Shown in pieces: positions 58,448-64,000 of a stretch of 64,000 nt of DNA; positions within the stretch are counted from its first letter, which is position 1; every line of letters starts with the position of its first letter. The DNA lies in the NCBI GenBank assembly GCA_963699755.1, contig CAVOVB010000001.1:480001-544000 (forward strand). Reading direction: 5' to 3'. This stretch comes from an uncultured delta proteobacterium. GTDB lineage: Bacteria > Myxococcota_A > Polyangia > Polyangiales > Houyiibacteriaceae. Below the pieces are notes generated by a model. That model saw only the letters and a program-made list of their open reading frames with translations, was not told the origin of the DNA and searched no databases. The translations under genes were made by a program, and so were the position numbers.

Positions 58448-58597
58448 AGGTCCTGCCGCACCAACGGCGCAAAACCGGCCGGTTCCCCCGGCGAGAACGC
58501 CAGTCATCAAATGCCGCTTGCCGAGGGGATCGGGGGGCGCGTAAGGTCATGATTCCACCGACCCGTATTCGCGGTGGGTCTGCCGGAGGAACGGCCA

Positions 58598-61500
58598 ATG
58601 AATAGATGCATCTTCGCTCGATGCTGGGTGAGCTTGTTGCTCGCTGCGGCTATGATTGTTGCAATCACCCCGTGGAGGAGCGCATCGGCTCAGCCCGGGT
58701 TCACCGCCTTCGAGACAGGGCCGGTCCGGCCGCTTGCCAAGTGGAACAATGTCTTCGTTGCCGTCAACACGCCGGACAACCGGCTCGAGGTCTTTCAGGC
58801 GCTGAGCGGGGGTCTCGATCCCAGAAGAGGCGCTCAAGTAGGCTTGGAGCCATGCGCCGTCGCCATCACCAGTGACGGCAGTCAAGCCTGGGTGGTCAAT
58901 CACCTCTCCGACAGCGTGAGCATCGTGGATCTATCGCTCGCCCGCGTGGTTCGGACGCTGCTCGTCGGCGATGAGCCCCGCGATATCGTCATGGCCGACC
59001 CCGATGGTGAAGGTCCCCTTGCGGAACGCGCCTTCATCACGACCGCTCACCGAGGGCAGCACCGCACCGATCCGTCGATCATCGGCGTGCCCGGTGCTGG
59101 TGATCCGGAGCTGACGGCGCCCAGCGTGCCACGCGCCGATGTCTGGGTCTTCGATACCGAGAACCCGGGCGCCGGCGTAGGTGGCGTGCCACTCGAGATC
59201 GTCGAGCTGTTCAGTGACACGCCCCGCGCGCTTGCAGTGAGCTCCGATGGCAGCAGCGTCTACGCGGCCGCCTTCCATTCCGGCAATCAGACCGCCGTCG
59301 TCAACGAAGGTCCGGTCTGCAATGGCTTCGGGACGAGCCCCTGCAGCGGCGATGGGATCATCTCGCCCAACGGGCTCAGCGGGGGTCAGCTGCCGGGTGG
59401 CAATCCGGGGCCCTCCCAGAATGCAGCCGGGGACAATGCGCCCGAAACGGGCTTGGTCGTCAAGTTCCACCAGCCCTCCGGCCAGTGGCGAGACGAGGGC
59501 GGCCGTAACTGGAGCAACGGGATTCGCTTCTTCCTGCCCGACTTCGACGTCTTCGAGATCGATTCGACGACGCTCGATGAAACGACCGCCTTTTCCGGGG
59601 TGGGCACGGTCAACTTCAACATGGTCGTCAATCCGGTCAACGGAAACGTCTATGTGTCGAACACCGACGCGCAGAACCTTACCCGTTTCGAGGGCCCCGG
59701 CATCTTCGGCGGCAGCACGGTTCAAGGCAATCTGCATCAGGCGCGCATCACTGTCCTCGAGGGCAGCAGCGTGTCCCCGGTGCACTTGAACAATCACATC
59801 AACTACAACATCCTTCCCGCGCCGCCGGGCACCAAGGCCCACAGCCTCGCGACCCCTCTGGAGATGGTCGTCTCGTCGGATGGCGCGACCCTGTACGTCG
59901 CCGCGTTCGGTTCCAGCAAAGTCGGCGTGATTCCCACCGCCGCCCTCGACAACGGCACCTTTGATCCGACCACCGAAAGCGGCAACTACATCCCCGTCAG
60001 CGGTGGTGGCCCGAGCGGGCTCGTTCTGGATGAAACCTACGAGCTGCTCTACGTGCTCACGCGCTTCGACAACTCGATTTCGGTGATCGACCTACTCACC
60101 GACACCGAAGTGAACCACTTCCCGCTCCACAATCCAGAGCCGCCCTCCGTCGTCGAGGGGCGTCCCTTGTTGTATGACTCGAACCTGACCTCGAGCAACG
60201 GCGAAGCCAGCTGTTCGAGCTGCCACGTCTTCGGTGACTTCGACAGCTTGGCCTGGGATCTCGGCAACCCCGATGACATCGTTACGACCAATCCGCTCGT
60301 CGTCAATCTCGGTGCCTTTGTGAGCTTCTTTCCGGGCGGGCTGGGTGCAACGATCAACGGCACCGGCAACGTTCAAGATTTTCACCCGATGAAGGGTCCG
60401 ATGACGACCCAGACGCTCCGCGGCCTCGCTACGAGCGGCGCCATGCATTGGCGCGGCGACCGCTCGAATGGGTTCTTCGGAATCAGCACCAACGATGAAG
60501 ACTTGGCCTTTAGAAACTTCATCGGCGCCTTCAACGGCCTGGTTGGCGATACAGTGCCGCCAAACGATCCGACGCGACAGGCTGACATGCAGCGCTTTGC
60601 CGATTTCATGCTGCAAGTCCGGCTTCCGCCGAACCCGATTCGCAACCTCGACAACTCGCTGACGAGCGCTCAGCAGCGCGGTCTCGACTTCTTCGATGGA
60701 AGCACCGGGCAGCTTTCCGACGGCTCGTCGGTCTCACCCGGCGTGACCGGATTCACCTGCGAGGGCTGCCACCGGCTCGACCCGTCTCAAGGGTTCTTTG
60801 GCACCGGCACCTTCGCCAGCTTCGAAAACGAGCCGCAGATCATGAAGATCCCGCACCTCCGCAATCTCTATCAGAAGGTCGGAATGTTCGGGATGCCCAA
60901 CGTGGACTTCAACCTTCCCGGCGACGGCAGCCATCGCGGCGAGCAGGTGCGCGGCACGGGCTTCTTGCACGACGGCAGTACCGACACGGTTTTCCGTTTC
61001 TTGACAGCAGACGTGTTTCGGAATCCGGGGCTCGTGTTCAACGATCCCAATGTCGGTTTCGATGGGGGCAACCCACAGCGTCGTGATGTCGAGGCCTTGA
61101 TGCTCGCATTTGACTCCGACCTGGCGCCCATCGTCGGGCAGCAAGTCACGCTGACCAGCAGCAACCTGGCGGATGTGATCAATCGCATCACGCTGCTCGA
61201 GCAACGCGCCGGAACTGCGTTCACCTCGGCCGTGCTTGGCGGGACAGTCACAGAGTGCGACCTGGTCGTGCATGGCTACGTTGCAGGGCTTCCCCGGAGC
61301 TTCCTCTACGACCCGGGCTCCAATACGTACGAATGGGACTCGGCGGCTCAGGCGCCCATCACGCCAGCGGCTCTCCGTGCCTTTGCCAACACGGCGAAGC
61401 AGGAGCTCACGTACACCTGCGCGCCGCCAGGGTCTGGCGTCCGCATGGCGTTGGACCGTGACGGAGACGGGGTGTTCAACCGAGATGAAGTGCTCGCGGC

Positions 61501-61831
61501 CACCGATGCCGCGAATCCCGGTTCGGTCTCCGGCGCTTGCAGCGACGGCATCGACAACGACGGCGATGGTGCCATCGACCTTGCTGACAATGGCTGCGCC
61601 ACTGCGGCACAGAACATCGAGAACCCACAATGCGAGGATGGCTACGACAACGACGGCGACGGCCTGGCGGATTTCGGCAGCGACACCGACTGCGACAGTT
61701 TCGATGACAACATCGAGCGCGCTTGCAGCATCATCGCGGCGGGTGTCGGCGGCTCCCAGAACGGCATGGCCTGGCTGTTCGTGCCAGCACTGCTCCTATG
61801 GCGGCGCCGGCGTCGCCAACGAGTGGCCTGA
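58598..61831 (+). CDS. Secreted YVTN beta-propeller/di-haem cytochrome c protein with Ca-binding repeats and C-terminal sorting signal
   Basis: VVNHLSD and YVSNT blades; CSSCH and CEGCH; DxDGDG repeats; Cys-TM-RRRRR tail. Confidence 0.8.
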   Translation: MNRCIFARCWVSLLLAAAMIVAITPWRSASAQPGFTAFETGPVRPLAKWNNVFVAVNTPDNRLEVFQALSGGLDPRRGAQVGLEPCAVAITSDGSQAWVVNHLSDSVSIVDLSLARVVRTLLVGDEPRDIVMADPDGEGPLAERAFITTAHRGQHRTDPSIIGVPGAGDPELTAPSVPRADVWVFDTENPGAGVGGVPLEIVELFSDTPRALAVSSDGSSVYAAAFHSGNQTAVVNEGPVCNGFGTSPCSGDGIISPNGLSGGQLPGGNPGPSQNAAGDNAPETGLVVKFHQPSGQWRDEGGRNWSNGIRFFLPDFDVFEIDSTTLDETTAFSGVGTVNFNMVVNPVNGNVYVSNTDAQNLTRFEGPGIFGGSTVQGNLHQARITVLEGSSVSPVHLNNHINYNILPAPPGTKAHSLATPLEMVVSSDGATLYVAAFGSSKVGVIPTAALDNGTFDPTTESGNYIPVSGGGPSGLVLDETYELLYVLTRFDNSISVIDLLTDTEVNHFPLHNPEPPSVVEGRPLLYDSNLTSSNGEASCSSCHVFGDFDSLAWDLGNPDDIVTTNPLVVNLGAFVSFFPGGLGATINGTGNVQDFHPMKGPMTTQTLRGLATSGAMHWRGDRSNGFFGISTNDEDLAFRNFIGAFNGLVGDTVPPNDPTRQADMQRFADFMLQVRLPPNPIRNLDNSLTSAQQRGLDFFDGSTGQLSDGSSVSPGVTGFTCEGCHRLDPSQGFFGTGTFASFENEPQIMKIPHLRNLYQKVGMFGMPNVDFNLPGDGSHRGEQVRGTGFLHDGSTDTVFRFLTADVFRNPGLVFNDPNVGFDGGNPQRRDVEALMLAFDSDLAPIVGQQVTLTSSNLADVINRITLLEQRAGTAFTSAVLGGTVTECDLVVHGYVAGLPRSFLYDPGSNTYEWDSAAQAPITPAALRAFANTAKQELTYTCAPPGSGVRMALDRDGDGVFNRDEVLAATDAANPGSVSGACSDGIDNDGDGAIDLADNGCATAAQNIENPQCEDGYDNDGDGLADFGSDTDCDSFDDNIERACSIIAAGVGGSQNGMAWLFVPALLLWRRRRRQRVA

Positions 61832-61919
61832 GCAAGCTCCCGGTCACTCTTTCGTCCTGTGTATTCGGATGCATGAAGCCATGGGGGCCGAAGGTTGACG
61901 AGCTTGCCGCGCACTGCGC

Positions 61920-63389
61920 TCAAGTGCCACAGAAAGTAGTGTACCGACCGAACGACGCCGGAGCGGGTTGCGCAAACGCGCTGTGCTCCGGTCTTTCGAC
62001 GAAGGGATCCGAGAGCACGTCGAGCAGCGTGTTGAACGGCTTCAGGTTGCCCCCAATCGCAGCGGCGAGTGCTGCTTCGACTTTGTGGTTTCGCGGAATG
62101 TAGACGGGGTTGATCCGGTCCATCTCAGCCGCGATGTCGATGCTCGTGCCTGCTTCCAACTTCATGCGCGCAAGCCACCGCTGCACCCATTCGCGCGCGT
62201 CGTCGTGATCGGCGAAAAGAGACATCGTGACCAGATCGCTGCCCCGGACCAGGTCCGAGAGCCGTCGAAAAAGAGTCGTGAAGTCTACCGCGTGCCTTTG
62301 TGCCAATGCGAGCAGAGAGCGAATCAGCTCCTCATCACCGGCTCGACTGCGCTGGAGGCCGATCTTCCGGCCCATTCCCCTGACCCATCGTGTTTGGAGC
62401 TCCTCCTCGTACTGCGCGAGCACGGTCTGGCAAAGCGCGACCGCTTCGTCTGGATCCTCGGAGATCAATGGCAGCAGGGACTCTGCGAAACGCGCGAGGT
62501 TCCATTTTCCGATGGCGGGTTGATTGCCGTACGCATAGCGGCCGTGGTGATCGATCGAGCTGAAAACTGTATCGGGATCATATGCTTCCATGAACGCGCA
62601 GGGCCCGTAATCGATGGTTTCGCCGGAAATGCTGACATTGTCCGTGTTCATCACACCGTGCACGAACCCTATGAGCATCCATTTGGCCACGAGCCTCGCT
62701 TGCGCGATGGCAACTTCCCACAGGAGCCGCAGAGCCGGGCTCTGCGCATCCAGGTGCTGCGGGTAATGCCGCGCGATGGTGTACTCGGTGAGTCTCAGAA
62801 GCTTTGCCATGTCGCCACGAACTGCGAAGAACTGAAAGGTGCCGATCCGGATATGGCTTGCCGCCACTCGGGTAAGAACCGCTCCAGGCAAGCTGGCATC
62901 TCGCACGACCGTCTCCCCCGTCCTGACAGCTGCAAGCGCGCGTGTGGTCTCGACGCCGAGGTGATGCATCGCTTCGCCCATCAGATACTCGCGGAGCACA
63001 GGACCAAGCGTCGCTCGTCCGTCGCCTCCCCGCGAGAACGGGGTGCGGCCGGCTCCCTTCAGCTGAATGTCTCGTCGATCTCCAACGGAGTCCAAGACCT
63101 CTCCGAGCAACAGGGCCCGGCCGTCTCCCAGCTGCGGAGAGAGTTGGCCGAACTGATGACCCGCGTACGCCTGGGCCAAGGGCATCGCGCCCGGCGGAAC
63201 GACGGTTCCGGAAAACACAGAGGCCGCCAAGTGCCGTACGCGATCGACGTCGAGCGCGAGCTCCTGCGCAAGGGCCTCATTGAAGACGAGGAGCTCCGCA
63301 TCCGGGAAACCCGCGGGTTCTACAGGCACGTAGAGTCCATCGAGCCGGTCGGCGTAGCTGTTGTCAAAGTCGAACAGAGCAGCGGTCAC
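61920..63389 (-). CDS. selO: Protein adenylyltransferase SelO (YdiU)
   Basis: YAGHQFG, LGDGRA, QLKGAG, HGVMNTDN and terminal TFCGT motifs. Confidence 0.95.
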   Translation of the reverse strand: MTAALFDFDNSYADRLDGLYVPVEPAGFPDAELLVFNEALAQELALDVDRVRHLAASVFSGTVVPPGAMPLAQAYAGHQFGQLSPQLGDGRALLLGEVLDSVGDRRDIQLKGAGRTPFSRGGDGRATLGPVLREYLMGEAMHHLGVETTRALAAVRTGETVVRDASLPGAVLTRVAASHIRIGTFQFFAVRGDMAKLLRLTEYTIARHYPQHLDAQSPALRLLWEVAIAQARLVAKWMLIGFVHGVMNTDNVSISGETIDYGPCAFMEAYDPDTVFSSIDHHGRYAYGNQPAIGKWNLARFAESLLPLISEDPDEAVALCQTVLAQYEEELQTRWVRGMGRKIGLQRSRAGDEELIRSLLALAQRHAVDFTTLFRRLSDLVRGSDLVTMSLFADHDDAREWVQRWLARMKLEAGTSIDIAAEMDRINPVYIPRNHKVEAALAAAIGGNLKPFNTLLDVLSDPFVERPEHSAFAQPAPASFGRYTTFCGT

Positions 63390-63857
63390 GAGCTCTTCCT
63401 GCTTTTCGACCCGCCCGCTCGCGAAGGCGGCTGCTTCAGTGCGTTCGAAGAGACTCTTGCATCTCGGACCGACCGTCTGCGATCGCGCGACATGTACCGA
63501 CCTCCGTTGGATTGTTCGACGAAAGCAGTATGCTCGCGGAGAGACGAATGCGCGACCGGGTCCCCGATCTCTTGTATGTGCTGAACCTGTCGCTGCTCAC
63601 GACGCATCAGGTCGATGCCGCGTTTTGGCACGTATCGGACCTGTTTGGGGTATCGGGGGGCTTCCATTCTTTGGCGTAAGCGCGTTGACGGTGATCATTC
63701 ACGCGGCGTTCTTGTTCGTGGACCAAGTGGCGTTCTGGGCTCCTGTGTTTATCGCGATCTTCACCGCGCTCGCGGGAAGCAGACAACGACCCAAAGCCGC
63801 ACTTCCACCCGAATCAATCGCCGTGGCAGTGCCGGCGAGGGTTTGAGGGATGTTGCC

Positions 63858-64000
63858 TCAGAGACGCTCCTGCTTGCGGCCGTCCTTGTGAAGGACGGCG
63901 TACAAATCCTTGCGCCGATCCGGCCAGGGTCGCACGGCACCGGTGCCTTCGGTGCGTCGAAGAAGCGCGAGGTCGAGGTCGTGAATGATCATCGTCTCGG
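63858..64000 (-). CDS. C-terminus of a carbon-nitrogen hydrolase family protein (partial)
   Basis: ETMIIHDLDLALLRR...DRRKDLY then stop; matches a nitrilase-family C-terminal pattern. Confidence 0.65.
   Translation of the reverse strand, partial: ETMIIHDLDLALLRRTEGTGAVRPWPDRRKDLYAVLHKDGRKQERL

Noticed and set aside
1454..61630. Many long antisense or alternate-frame ORFs (e.g. 1454..2905, 9213..10745, 15083..16672, 54037..55704)
   Set aside because: Shadow ORFs expected from high-GC codon bias opposite well-supported genes
63361..63846. ORF with hydrophobic C-terminus upstream of selO
   Set aside because: No convincing start or RBS and no recognisable motif; cannot be supported

Overview
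GC-rich bacterial chromosomal window, probably Myxococcota/Polyangia. That assignment is inferred from the Gly-rich-linker lipoproteins and a MYXO-CTERM-like tail. Most of the window is ordinary metabolism and transport: steroid-type FAD oxidoreductases, folE, an RND efflux system, mscL, Xdh accessory genes, a complete oleABCD cluster, an ArsA-like ATPase pair with an isoprenoid-synthase-fold gene, secreted hydrolases and selO. The stand-out feature is a 13,780-bp capsid-less integrative element (16971..30793) in tRNA-Arg(UCU). Its exact 43-bp direct repeats duplicate the 5' half of the tRNA rather than the usual 3' end, so the intact tRNA now has element DNA upstream and the host tRNA promoter region points antisense into the integrase. 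The element carries a tyrosine integrase with non-canonical catalytic motifs, an Xis-like gene, two tandem ribbon-helix-helix regulators and a split Toprim primase plus D5/SF3 helicase. It also has an iteron-rich origin candidate, a 7-repeat beta-propeller lipoprotein between the helicase and the origin, and a leftward operon with TopoVI-A/JetD-like Toprim, Cys-His-Asp enzyme and SSB-like genes. All family calls come from motif recognition by eye; no database searches were run.
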